From the NCBI GenBank assembly GCA_951406725.2, contig OX597839.1, positions 31,186,001-31,250,000 on the forward strand: 64,000 bases of DNA. Direction: 5' to 3'. Of the stretch, positions 1-11,273 are shown one piece after another (within the stretch, counting starts at the first letter, position 1; each line of letters begins with the position of its first letter). The notes beneath the pieces were generated by a model that worked only from the letters and a program-made list of their open reading frames with translations, did no database searches and was not told where the DNA came from. Made by a program: the position numbers and the translations under genes. The stretch comes from Octopus vulgaris (taxonomy: Eukaryota).

Positions 1-507
1 CAACAAACATCAACTGTAAAATACATCAAAGTCTAATGTACTATATACATACATAAATATATGTTACATATATTCTATATATATGTGTGTGTTAGACGTG
101 TGTGTGTTCTTGAGAAACTATTTCCTCTGTTATCGGAGCAAAAGAGGCCGCCGTCTCTTCTGTGTTGACGTCGACATTTGCTGGGAGCCACGTGTGACAA
201 AGACCTGCCAGAGTGTCAGAAGGAATGGGGAAAGCAAATAAATAAAAAAATATCTTGACAGTTTAACACAATAAAAGAATGAGGTGGGAGTGGTGAGTGA
301 GTGGAGAGAGACACACAGAGCCGCTACCACCACCACCACCACCACCACCTCCTCACATGCGGGGACGGAGACGGAGAAGGAGAAATAGTTTTCTAATTAC
401 GAAAAGGACTTGATCGATTCTGTTTGTTTGGTGTTTGCCGATTTGATTAATACAGTTATTGATCTTTGATCAACTTAGACAGACACACACAAATATATGA
501 ATATACA

Positions 508-539
<32 letters not shown>

Positions 540-2874
540 GATAGATATATATATAGATATATGTATGTATATATATAAATAGATATGTTGTATATATATA
601 GAGAGAGAGACAGACAGACAGACAGACATAGAGCTTTATATACTAACAAAAGTACGTATAAAAAAAACTATATACACACACACCCAATACGTATGTGACA
701 TGGGTAAATATTTGGATAGCAGATCTTGAATTGTCAACGGAAGGTTTTATCACAATGAAACTATTCTTTAAAAAATACTTTTGTGAGCAAAATACATTTA
801 CTTACATAAATATAAATATTCTCAATTCGCTTATTGTCAGCCTATTCATGTTGACATGGTTTGGACGGAGACGTACTGAAGACAGGATTTTACACCCGGA
901 CGCTCTTCCTGTTGCCAACTCTCATTGTTCTAGTGCGAGATTTCCTATTTCGCACGTTTTGAAAACCCAAAAGGACTGATTATAGTACCTACATTTACAC
1001 ACACACACATACACACTTGTTAAATTAGATATACAATCGCCCTGTGACACTTCTGGCAAGTGCCTGCTACAAAAGCCACGGGCCGACTAAGGCCTTGTGA
1101 ATTCATTTGGTAGATGGAAACTGAAAGAAGTCTTTTGTATATATATATATATGTGTGTGTGTGTGTCTTGGTGTCTATGTTTGTCCCCCACCACTGCTTG
1201 ACAGCCGGTGTTGGTGTGTTTACATCCTCGTAATTTAGCGGTTCGGCAAAACAGACCAACAGAATAAGTACAAGGTTTTTAAAAATAAGTACTGGGGTTT
1301 ATTTGTACTAAAAATTCTTCATGGCAGTGCTCCAGCATGGCCACAGTCTAATGAATGAAACAAGTAAAAGAAGAAAAAAAGCAAAGATATTGCCATCATT
1401 GAATGTCCGTTTTCCATGCTGGCATGGGTTGGACAGTTTGAGAGGATGTGGTGGGCTGCAGGGCTGCCTCAGACTCCGTTGTCCGTTTTAGCCTCGTTCC
1501 TACAACTGGATGTCCTTCTTAACACCAGCCACCTTACAGAGTGCGAGTGCAGGCTTATTATGTGGCACCGACACCAATGAGGTCACCAAATAATATGTAA
1601 GAGAAGAACAAAGCTGCCTTGCTATAAAAGAGATACGTGGCCACCCTGCATTAAATATTATTTAAGAGGCAGGAGTACCGTAAATCCTTGAGCAGCCCTT
1701 CAGAAATTGAATCTCCTTACGATACTCCTTGAGAGTTCATGGAATGAAATTCATTGCCATTGTTCCAATTTGGTTGCCAATGCTGTGTATTTAATTTTAA
1801 ATACAGTAAAAATAGGGTTGGAGGCTAATTAGGTGGCCTTAAAAAAAAGACATTTTATAGCAGGAGCAAACTAGTTTGTGGCATTGTAGTGGTGATTTGA
1901 AACTGAACTCCCAAGTAACTGGTCTGACACCATGACTGCACTGCAATAGTTTCACTTGATTGGTCTGTTAGGCAACCAATCAGTATCATCAGGCCATTGT
2001 GAGATTTGATCTTCTAGAATCTTCTTGGAGCCTATAAAAGGCCGCTTTTGGCAGTAATCGGTCACAGAATGTTGGAAGCAGCTGAGTGACATGTGCCTTC
2101 TTCTTACCATTTGATGGTGTCAGACATTTGCACAGACAACTCCAGGGTCTTGGACAGACTGAACCAGACATTCATACTGTATCTCAAAAGTAACTTCTTT
2201 GAATGCAATGTGGTTTCCCTTTCTCTCCCAGATTGGAAATATGGCTGTTGTTAACTGTAAAAGGCCAACTCAGTTTGTCCTTCGGTTAAATGTTTGCAGA
2301 TTTTGTTCAGTTATTTCTTCATGCAGCCAAGGGAAGACCAATGACTTCATGTTAACATGTAAACATCAAACATGTGGCATCAAAATAGATGTTAAAATAA
2401 TAATGAAGGACTGTCTATCCAGAGACTGTTGCTATTTTCTGTGAAATGGTGCTATTTTCAAAAAAGGGTGATGATTCTATAGAGTTCAGCTAATCTCTGC
2501 AAATTGATAATAAATTCTGTAGAGTTCTGGATAATGTAGAACGGAGATATATTCTTGTAGAGTTGTGTTATTTGCTTTAGATTTTGGTCTTTTCTGGAAT
2601 GGTCACATTTTCTTGAGAGTTAAGGCAGCAAGCTTGCAGAATGGTTAGCATACCAGGCTAAATGCTTGGCAGCATTTTGTCTGTCTTTACATTCTGAGTT
2701 CAAATTCTGATCAGGTTAACTTTGCCTTTCATCCTTTTGGGGGTTGATAAAATAAGTACCAGCTGGGCACTGGGGATCATGTAATCAACTTACCTCCTTC
2801 CCTTGAGTTTGCTGGCCTTGTGCCAAAATTTGAAATCAATAGTTTTCTTTAAATTTCTGGTATTTTATGGAGAG

Positions 2875-3265
2875 AGTGGCTGTGTGGTAGGAAGCTTGCT
2901 TCCCAACCACATGGTTCAGGGTTCAATCCCACTGCGTGGCACCTTGGGCAAGTGTCTTCTACTATAGCCTCGGGCCGACCAAAGCCTTGTGAGTGGATTT
3001 GGCAGACGGAAACTGGAAGAAGCCCATGGTATATATATATATGTATATATACCTATGTGTCTGTGTTTGTCCCCATCACCACCTGACCACCGGTGTTGAT
3101 GTGTTTATGTGCCCATAACTTAGCAGTTTGGCAAGAGAGACTGAGAGAATAAGTACTAGGCTTAAAAGATAAGTACTGGGGTTGATTCATTCAGCTAAGA
3201 ATTCAAGGTGATGCCCCAGCATGGCCGCAGTCTAGTGACTGAAACTGGTAAAAGAATAAAAGAAT
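2875..3265 (+). mobile_element. Family A SINE
   Basis: Same head, body and tail as 28421-28820. Further copies or fragments near 1030-1375(+), 11630-11975(-), 17920-18555(+), 22625-23010(-), 23575-24185(-), 26620-26985(-), 29595-29755(+), 33920-34280(-), 37188-37345(+), 39170-39360(-), 44530-44680(+), 46305-46470 plus 47390-47610(+), 49320-49475(-). Confidence 0.85.
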
Positions 3266-3424
3266 GAAGTTTTTTAGAATATGGTTACTTTCGGTAGAAT
3301 GGAAGCATAATTTACAAAATGGAGATGGGGGAGGGAAGGGGCGTATTTTCTGTTGTCCCCATCCAAAAAGCCATTCCTATCTTGGACATCATTTTACACA
3401 TTGTCTTTATTTGAAAAAGTGATG

Positions 3425-3862
3425 TATGATTTGAGGGAGATTTGGCTGCTACTTCTAGCAGATCAAGTGACTACATAGAGACTACCTTGTTACTTGAAAG
3501 TATTTTGAAGTTATTTAGCCCTAGACCCACTTTGATCAAAAGCATTCCAGCCATGACTATCCCACCTTTTCAAAGCTATCTAAGGACTACATAATCTGAT
3601 GTGTTCACTTTTTTTCAACATATAACAGAAAATTTGGCTGCTATTACTAGCAGATCAAGCAAACTGCATAGAGACTCCTTCATCACTTCAAAGTATTTTC
3701 AATAGTCATTTAGCCCTAGGTCAACTTTAATGAAAAGCACTCCTACTATGACCCCCCCCCTCACCTTTTCAGAGCTAATTTAAGGACTACATTATCTAAT
3801 ATGCTCTTCACTTTCTCTAAGGCAACACAATACAACTGAGGGATATTTGGCTGCTATTTTCC
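3425..3862. repeat. Diverged ~200 bp tandem repeat (just over 2 units)
   Basis: ATTTGGCTGCTA at ~3440, 3632 and 3846; TTTAGCCCTAG, AAAAGCA and TAAGGACTACAT each repeated in register. Confidence 0.8.
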
Positions 3863-4376
3863 ATGAGATCACACAGAAGCCCTTCCTCTCTCTCTCTCTC
3901 CATCCCGCCCACCCACCTCCTCTCTCTGGCTTTATAGACTAGAACAATAGTATTTAATGCCTGGTGGTAATGCTTTCAAGATTTCTTGCCTAATTTGTGG
4001 TGAAGATCAAACAATAATCTTTACCGCTGCCACTACCGAGGAGGAGTCTACGCAATTCCTCTGCCTCTAATCAAACCTCTGACACGTTGTTACAGACAAA
4101 CAAATAGGTCAATAACACTTGTTTACCTTCCATTGTGTGACCTAAATTTCCCTCTTTGAATGCATTCACAGGGGAATATTTCCAAGTGTCAGATGGAGCA
4201 GTCGGTGAAGGAACCAGTAGCTTATACCTCATTAAATACATACACACACACACAAATGCATACATATATATGCATACACACATGCACAAATATACACATG
4301 TGCATATATATATATGTGCAGATGTGTATGTGTGCGCGTGTGTGTATATATATATGATATATATATATATTTCTAT

Positions 4377-4521
4377 GTAGTTAAGTCTATGTCCAGCCAT
4401 AGTGTGACCAATGGTTTTGCATCCACAAAGGGTTTAGTCCTGTGGATGTCTCGTCAGACTCTAAGCCCTTTGTAGATGTGAAACCATTGGTCACTCTATG
4501 GCCGGACATAGACTTAACTAC
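4377..4521. repeat. Near-perfect 145 bp hairpin (about 61 bp arms, about 23 nt loop)
   Basis: GTAGTTAAGTCTATGTCCAGCCATAGTGTGACCAATGGTTT... vs ...AAACCATTGGTCACTCTATGGCCGGACATAGACTTAACTAC. Confidence 0.9.
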
Positions 4522-4609
4522 TTATCAATACCTTATTGCTATATGGTTTAGAGTCTGCTTCGTTTTCGGACAGATAATCCACTGACGATATATATATATA
4601 TATGTATAT

Positions 4610-4975
4610 AAAAAGCACCATCCGTTCGTGGCTGTTGCCAGCCTCGCCTGGCCCCCGTGCCAGTGGCACGTAAAAGCACCATCCGTTCATTGCCGTTGCC
4701 AGCCTAGCCTGGCCCCCGTGCCGGTGGCACGTAAAAAGCACCATCCGTCCGTGGCCGTTTGCCAGCTCCGTCTGGCACCTGTGCGGGTGGCACGTAAAAA
4801 GCACCCACTACACTCATGGAGTGGTTGGTGTTAGGAAGGGCATCCAGCCGCAGAAACACTGCCAGATCAGACTGGGCCTGATGCAGCCTTCTGGCTTCAC
4901 AGACCCCAGTTGAACCGTCCAACCCATGCGAGCATGGAAAGCGGACGCTAAATGATGATGATGATGATGATGATA
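4610..4975 (+). mobile_element. Family C retroposon with three ~62 bp 5' modules and (GAT)n tail
   Basis: AAAAGCACCATCCGT..TGCCAGC..GTGCC(G/A)GTGGCACGT x3, then GAGTGGTTGGTGTTAGGAAGGGCATCCAGC...AACCCATGC.AGCATGGAAAGCGGACG.TAAA(TGA)n. Relatives at 12630-12820, 18895-19220(-), 35660-36000(-), 37350-37665, 41990-42240, 42590-42790, 43630-43910, 50255-50370(-), 57880-58225, 59380-59590(-). Confidence 0.8.
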
Positions 4976-5096
4976 TATATATATATATATATACACACAC
5001 ATACATACATATATACATACATACATACATACATATGTATGTAAGTATGTATGTATGTGTATATATATATGTGTATGTATATATATATATATATAA

Positions 5097-5430
5097 CTAG
5101 CAGTATCACCCAGCGTTGCTTGGGTTTTGTTTCAACCCTTTAGAATTGGAATTTTTGAAAAGTAAAAATTTTGTATTATGTAGCTTGTTATTCTCTTTAA
5201 GTGAATATTTTTCTGGTTGAAATACACCGAAAAATGGCGACACAGCTGTCAAAAAATCGTAAAAAATAGGGATTTTCATAGAAAAAAAGCACCTTTTTGT
5301 TGTAAATAATTTTTGGTCTTAACATGGTCCTATTTGAATTTTAACTTCTACAGAATGAAGAGCAAGCCTTCTTCTATTATACTCTCAATTTTGGTTTACT
5401 TGTACCGCAGGGTCTCGGAGGAGATAATGT
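5097..5430 (-). mobile_element. Non-autonomous Helitron, 3' portion
   Basis: Minus strand ends CCCAAGCAACGCTGGG (hairpin)-TGATACTG-CTAG|T, the canonical Helitron 3' terminus. Confidence 0.7.
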
Positions 5431-6112
5431 CTCTCTTTTAATGAGCTATGTGCCCTAACCATTAAGCCATGCACCTTAACTCTTGCCAATTTATAGAAGG
5501 CTCCAGAATATGTCATGGCTGTTCATAAATATTTTACTCATAATCTATATTTACATTTATTTTTATGGGAATATTTTTGTTTTATTTCAAAATTCTTAGA
5601 GTGGCAGAGTTCAGCATGTTTTTACAACAATCAATGGTTTTGACAATGTGTTTGGGCTTTGTTATTCACAACATGGGAAACTTTCTGTTCAACATCTCAC
5701 CTGACTACTTTATTTACCTGTGTACACATGTAAATGGGTGGAGGTGTATACGTATATATATATAGCTATATGTTTATGCATGTACATATTTGTGTGTGTG
5801 TGTGTGTGTGGGCAACTGTAAAACCACTCTTTGATTGTTCGTTCAGTATTGTTTTTCTCCCTGTACATGGGAAACAGTTGTCCGAAACGGGTGACTACTT
5901 TGAACCTTAGATCTGAATGCAGGGTAAGTGTATCCCTTCTGTCAAAGAGTGTAGGCTTGAAATGTCAAAGACTTCTCCATTCTTTCTGAGCATTAAACTA
6001 ATACACCTACTGGTTGTTCCTTCACCTGTCTTCATCTTCTGCTTTCTTTAAATTTGAACTATAACTTTCTGTTTTCAAACTTAATAAATATATAATATAC
6101 ATACATATGTAT

Positions 6113-6300
6113 ATCTATATATATAAAGATGAGAATGTGTGTCTGTCTGTGTGTCTGTGTAAATCCTTAAAACTTGAGAATTACACAATCAATTTCATTC
6201 AAATTTTACACATGCCTTACTTAGGGTCCATGTAGTTTCATGGGCAAAAAAAAATTTCAACTTCTTGCCTAGTGCGAGCCAACAGCAATATCATATCTTC
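6113..6300 (+). mobile_element. Helitron-like 5' fragment
   Basis: A|TCTATATATATAAAG start followed by (GTCT/GTGT)n and CAATCAATTTCATTCAAATTTTACACA, as in short non-autonomous Helitrons. Confidence 0.5.
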
Positions 6301-6938
6301 TCCAATGGTGACCCAAGCTAAATTATGAAAACAACGGATGAACAACAACCAGCAGAACTTGTAACGTTCCTTGCCTGAAGCCATTGAACAACTTAACGAA
6401 GGAATAAAGTCTCACTATTTGTTTCTTTTGCTACAAACGAACACGCAAAATACGTTATACAAAGATATATAATGATTCTTTAGTAAAACCAACGGAGGTT
6501 TTAACCATTGTAAAAAAAAAAACTGTTGGCCATATTGCAAATAGACGGGAGACTGTTGAATGATGGGAAATCCTCATGAATCAGAAAGAGGAAAAAGCAT
6601 CGGAAATTCTTGTTCCCATTGATGCAGTGTCCTTATTGCTAATGGATATAAGTGGTTGAAACATCATTTATGATAAGATGCAGCAGAAATTTATATATTT
6701 CATTTCCTCCCAACTGTTATTTGAACTTACGTCCACACAGTTTGACATCCAGCTTAAATTATTTAAAAGTAGTTGGTCATTTTATAGAATTAGTGGTTCT
6801 TATTTGGGGTCCATACAAGATTTTGCTAAAATTTAAGGGCAATAAATTGGTTCTGCTCGAGGAATACACAAAATATTTGAACAATTTTTTAAATGCAATT
6901 CCTAAAATAGTTCAATATTTAAGAGACGAGGAATTATG

Positions 6939-7079
6939 TACATTATTTACATTTGCTGGATATTTGTCCTCATCTTTTTGGCTGATGAAGGCTGGAAGGT
7001 GTATCAGGCGAAACGTTGTGTTAACAACAAACAAGATGAGGACAAATATCCATCAAATGTAAATAATGTAAATAATGTA
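6939..7079 (+). mobile_element. Penelope-like pseudo-LTR-derived palindromic remnant with hammerhead core motif
   Basis: About 37 bp inverted arms (TACATTATTTACATTTG..GATATTTGTCCTCATCT / AGATGAGGACAAATATC..CAAATGTAAATAATGTA) enclose CTGATGA(6982-6988)-stem-CGAAACGTT(7009-7017). Confidence 0.6.
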
Positions 7080-7356
7080 GATATTGTACAATTCCTAATA
7101 TTAAATTCTAAAAATAGAAAGGGATTTACTGAAATGTCGTATGGCTATGGAAGTCCAGTAGGGTAAAATAGGAATGAAAGGGAGTCCTTAGTTTAAAAAA
7201 GGGTTGAGAAACACTGAGCAAGATGATCTGTGTAATCAGCATCATCATCATCTCCCTGTTACTCCAGACGTCTGATAACCAGGAAAGAGGGGGGGGAGAA
7301 AGACAAAGATAGATAGAGATGGATAGAAAGGGGAAGAGAGGGGGATTCATCTTGAG

Positions 7357-7640
7357 CAGTGGTTCCCAAAGTGGGTGGTATTGCCTCCGCTGGGGGCAGT
7401 GGAAAGTTCCAAAGGGGTATTGAAAAAAAGTGGGGCAATAATGGAGAAGTGGTTCATGTAAAAAGGGGTGGTAACGGGTTGGTGATTCATGTACAAACAA
7501 CAAAATAACGGGTTTGTTAGGTTATGTTTTATTTGTGAAATGCAGTTGCTTTGAATTTGCTTCAGAAAGGGGTCTATGTTTGTGGTGGTTAGTTGGGGTG
7601 GGGGTACTAGGAATGTGGCCTGAGTGTCAAGGGGGCAGCA
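7357..7640. mobile_element. hAT-like MITE remnant
   Basis: Begins CAGTGGTTCCCAAAGTGGG. A separate hAT-type end (GTTGAGAAACACTG) lies upstream at ~7203-7216. Confidence 0.5.
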
Positions 7641-7819
7641 ACTGATCTAGAGAAAGACACTTGAAAGTAGCAAAGCTTTCAATGAGTAGCAGGAAGAGGA
7701 GGCAACGATAGCAAAACACATGGGTATGTTACCATGGTACCATGGTACCATAATCGTAGAAGACAACAATCTGAAGCTGCACAGAAAAGGAAACGAAGAT
7801 GGGCACATACATGTTTTTC

Positions 7820-8070
7820 TATTGTTGAGCAGTATGTTGTTACTGGTTATGGCTTATAACTGGACAGGCTGCTGCCATCAGTTTCACCCCAACTGTTTCT
7901 GCTGGACAAGAGTGAAGGTTCTTCAGACATTCTGAAGAATTGGAAGCTCTTCTGGTAAGCATATCTAAAAGAGGTGTCATTATTGCCGAGTGCAATAGTT
8001 AGCATGGAACCGACTGTAACATTGCGACCTGCTATATATGCCATAACCAGTAATATTCTGCTCAACGATA
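7820..8070. mobile_element. MITE-like element with ~40 bp terminal inverted repeats
   Basis: TATTGTTGAGCAGTATGTTGTTACTGGTTATGGC vs GCCATAACCAGTAATATTCTGCTCAACGATA; internal hairpin TTCTTCAGA-CAT-TCTGAAGAA. Confidence 0.7.
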
Positions 8071-8141
8071 TATTATCATATAAACCTATTTTTCATGTTT
8101 AGTGTGCTTTCTCTACCTGACTTGTGGACTGTTAACTGACA

Positions 8142-8197
<56 letters not shown>

Positions 8198-8477
8198 ATC
8201 AAAACAAGAAAACAAAAACAAAAAAGCAACAACGCAAGGACGTGGAACAAATAAAGTATTATTGGACAGAAGCCCTTTTTAGATCTTGATGGGGGCAATG
8301 TTTACTGAGATGGAAGGTCACAGGGTGGAAGGTGGGTGCTTGTTTATGGTGGTGATGGAACTGATGGTAATGATAGCATAAATGGATTTAGTGATGGGAG
8401 GGGAAAGGTTGTAGTTCGGCAGTAGGCTAAAGGCAGAGAGAAAGAGAGAGAGGAGGGAAATATATATATATATATAT

Positions 8478-10020
8478 AAATTCCTGCAATGAGCCTTTGG
8501 GGCCAAATCAAACTGTTTTTAAATAATAATAATATATGTAACTCCTTCAAATTCCATAAAGGTTGATTTTGTCGCGAAGGTAAAGGACATGTACCCCCCC
8601 CCCCATTTTCAGTTCTTTTTTTCTGATTTCTATGTTTTTGATATAGGAGAATTGGATTTTGTCCCAAAATCACGCTTTCAATTTTTAACTTCCCCCACCC
8701 CAAACCCAATTTATTCATTTTAAACTTTTTTCTGAATTTTTTAATTTTAATCCACGAAATTAAAAAAAAAAAAAAATTAAAATTCCCAGATTCGGAATTT
8801 CTGTATCTTTCCAGCTGGACACTGGAATCGATCTAATTGTCTTAGCCTCTACCCAGAAATTGCTAGCCTTCAGCTCAAATCCCATTTTCAAAATTTTAAC
8901 TTCCCCGACGCCTACTCCAATTCATTAATTTTAAACTTTTCTTTAATTCTTTATTTTAATCCACGAGATTTAAAAAAAAAAATCTCAGATTCGGAATCTC
9001 TGTATGTTTCTACGTGGCTTAAAAAAGAAACAATTAGAAAAAAAAAGTTTAAAATTAATAAATTGGGGTGGGGGTGGGGGAAATTAAAATTTCGAAAACG
9101 TGACTTTTGGGCAAAATCGTATTTTTTCGGATTTATATGGGATGATCTTTTCACTTTGACCGGCAGATTTCGAAAACATAAAACCGACAAAAAATTTAAA
9201 AAAAAACAAAAGTAAAATCCCACGGAAAAAGGTTCGTGTATCTCCGCCCGATTTTGCCATTCCCTCCTTTCAAGATGGAAGAAACAAGTACCCGTTGGAC
9301 ACCGGAGTCGTTCTCATCAATTTATCCTCAGCCAGCAATTTGAAATCATTCGTCAAATATGTTACTTTTACTAAATATGGCAAGTGCCCCTCTTTCTTTC
9401 GTTTGATCCCTCATATGTGTGTATTTTATATATATATATTTCCTTATTTTCTACGGAATCCAGAAAGTCGTTCAACCCTTTTCTCTCTGAAAGGGAAGTT
9501 CTTTGGTGCAAAGACATTTTCTTGAACCACTTTCTAAAAATGGCAGACTTTTGTGAACTGCGACCTTCAAACTATTGTTTCTTTTTGTTGGTCTCTTGTC
9601 ATTTGACGTTCAACGTTTTCTAAAGGTAAAAAAAACTGTTTTTAATTATCAATAAACACTTTTATTGCTTCTTTTGTAAACATGGCGACCAAAAAAAAAA
9701 GACTTAGATAACATTTCGTTGGATTAACCTGTTTTGTTTGTTTGTGAGTGTATGTGTCTATTGGTGTTCGTACATCTGTGTCTGTGTGTGTTTATAGGTT
9801 TGTATTCGTACCTAATATGTGTTGTGACATATATATGTGTGTCTGTGTGGGACTCCGTTTCTGTGTGCGCCCATATGGCGGACTTACGGAATAATAGCTG
9901 TCATGAATAAAACAGAATTTCTGGTTTCGGCAATCTTTCGTCTCTAGTAGACCTTTCCGTCGATTTCCGTAAAAAAATTTTTTTTTTTATATATGGGCTT
10001 GCGGGAACTTTTGAAGTAAT
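8478..10020. mobile_element. ~1.5 kb non-autonomous DNA element with internal direct and inverted modules
   Basis: Ends TTCCTGCAATGAGCC / GGCTTGCGGGAA are weakly inverted. A module (TTTTAACTTCCCC...TTTTAAACTTTT...TTTTAATCCACGA...CAGATTCGGAAT) occurs at ~8680 and ~8890, and partly inverted at ~9040-9120. Confidence 0.5.
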
Positions 10021-10930
10021 TAGAGCGAAAGAGACTCAGAGAAAGCGATTGTATGACGAGGGAAGTTCTTTTGGAGTTACCGTGCATGGGAGCATTGATG
10101 TACATGTGTGTGTGTGTGTGTTTGATGGGGTGTGGGAGACAGACAGTATGTTGTGTAATCGACGGAAAGGTCTACTAGAGACGAAAGATCGCCCTGGTTT
10201 CTTTTCAGTTTTCTTTTTAGTAAGAAACAGTATTGTGATCACCCGTTACTATGAGAACCAGAGTTTTTTTTTCCCGGTGGTGGGTCTCTAATTATACTTT
10301 TCTTTAATTACGGTGAAATAAACATTGGAGTTGTTTTGTCCCACGTAGAAACTGCCGGAATTACTCAAAGGGATGTCTGGCTTCTGAGTCCATCGCAGAT
10401 TGACGCTAACCCCTCTAGTATCATCTGCAGGCATCTCAGGGTCACAAGCATTATGCCCCTTAGCCTGTACGCTTCACCCGAGTGGGGCAGCAAAGACTGG
10501 ATTAGTCTTTGCTTGTGGAAGGGTTCCACTTGAACTGATTTCACCTGCCTTATTAATATCCTTGGTTGCTTTCATCATTTGTGTCCCAGATCAATTTTCT
10601 GAAGGAAACAGTGCACTGACCTATTTGGAAAACCATGGAAGCTGACCTCAATAGGGAATGAGGCCACACAGCATCCTTTAACAAGTACCTCATCAACCAA
10701 ATCTTGATATTTGTCCTTAGAGAGCATTTAATTCAGGCATGATGGTCACCTTTTTGCACTCCTCTCTATAGCAGGAGCACATCTAGTCAGGTGCCATGCA
10801 GTGGGACTGAACCTAGAACCATGTGATTGGGAAGCAAACTTCTTACCACACAGCCATTTATCTGACGATTCCATATTTTGCAATAATCCCATTCTCAGAG
10901 AACATGTTTTCTGAAACTGAGCTGCAATTC

Positions 10931-11273
10931 TTTATTACTTCCACCTTAGCGAAGGTGAAGGTTTTGTTTTCAGTTGGGTTTGTTTGTGGACAAGATATCT
11001 CAAGAACTGCTGAATGGATTTGGATGTAACTTTCAGGGATGTTTGGCCTTGTGACTGGCATGAACTGATTAGATTTTGGGATCAATCTGGTACCAGACAA
11101 GGATTATTTTTCCTTTTTTTTAACTTAATTTTTGAGAGTGGTCAAGTTCATTTTAGTATTCTCGTTTGTGAGAGCAGTCGAGTTTATTTCAGATATTCTC
11201 ATTTTAAAAATCATCTCTGGTTAATCATTGAGAGGACGTTGGCGGAGGTTTGCGCTCTCTGAATGCGCTTGTT
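10931..11273 (+). mobile_element. Helentron-associated (HINE/DINE-1-like) element
   Basis: 5' palindrome ACTTCCACCTT-AGCG-AAGGTGAAGGT, (GTTT)n, 3' subTIR GGCGGAGGT followed by stem-loop GCGC..GCGC, T-rich flanks. Confidence 0.7.
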
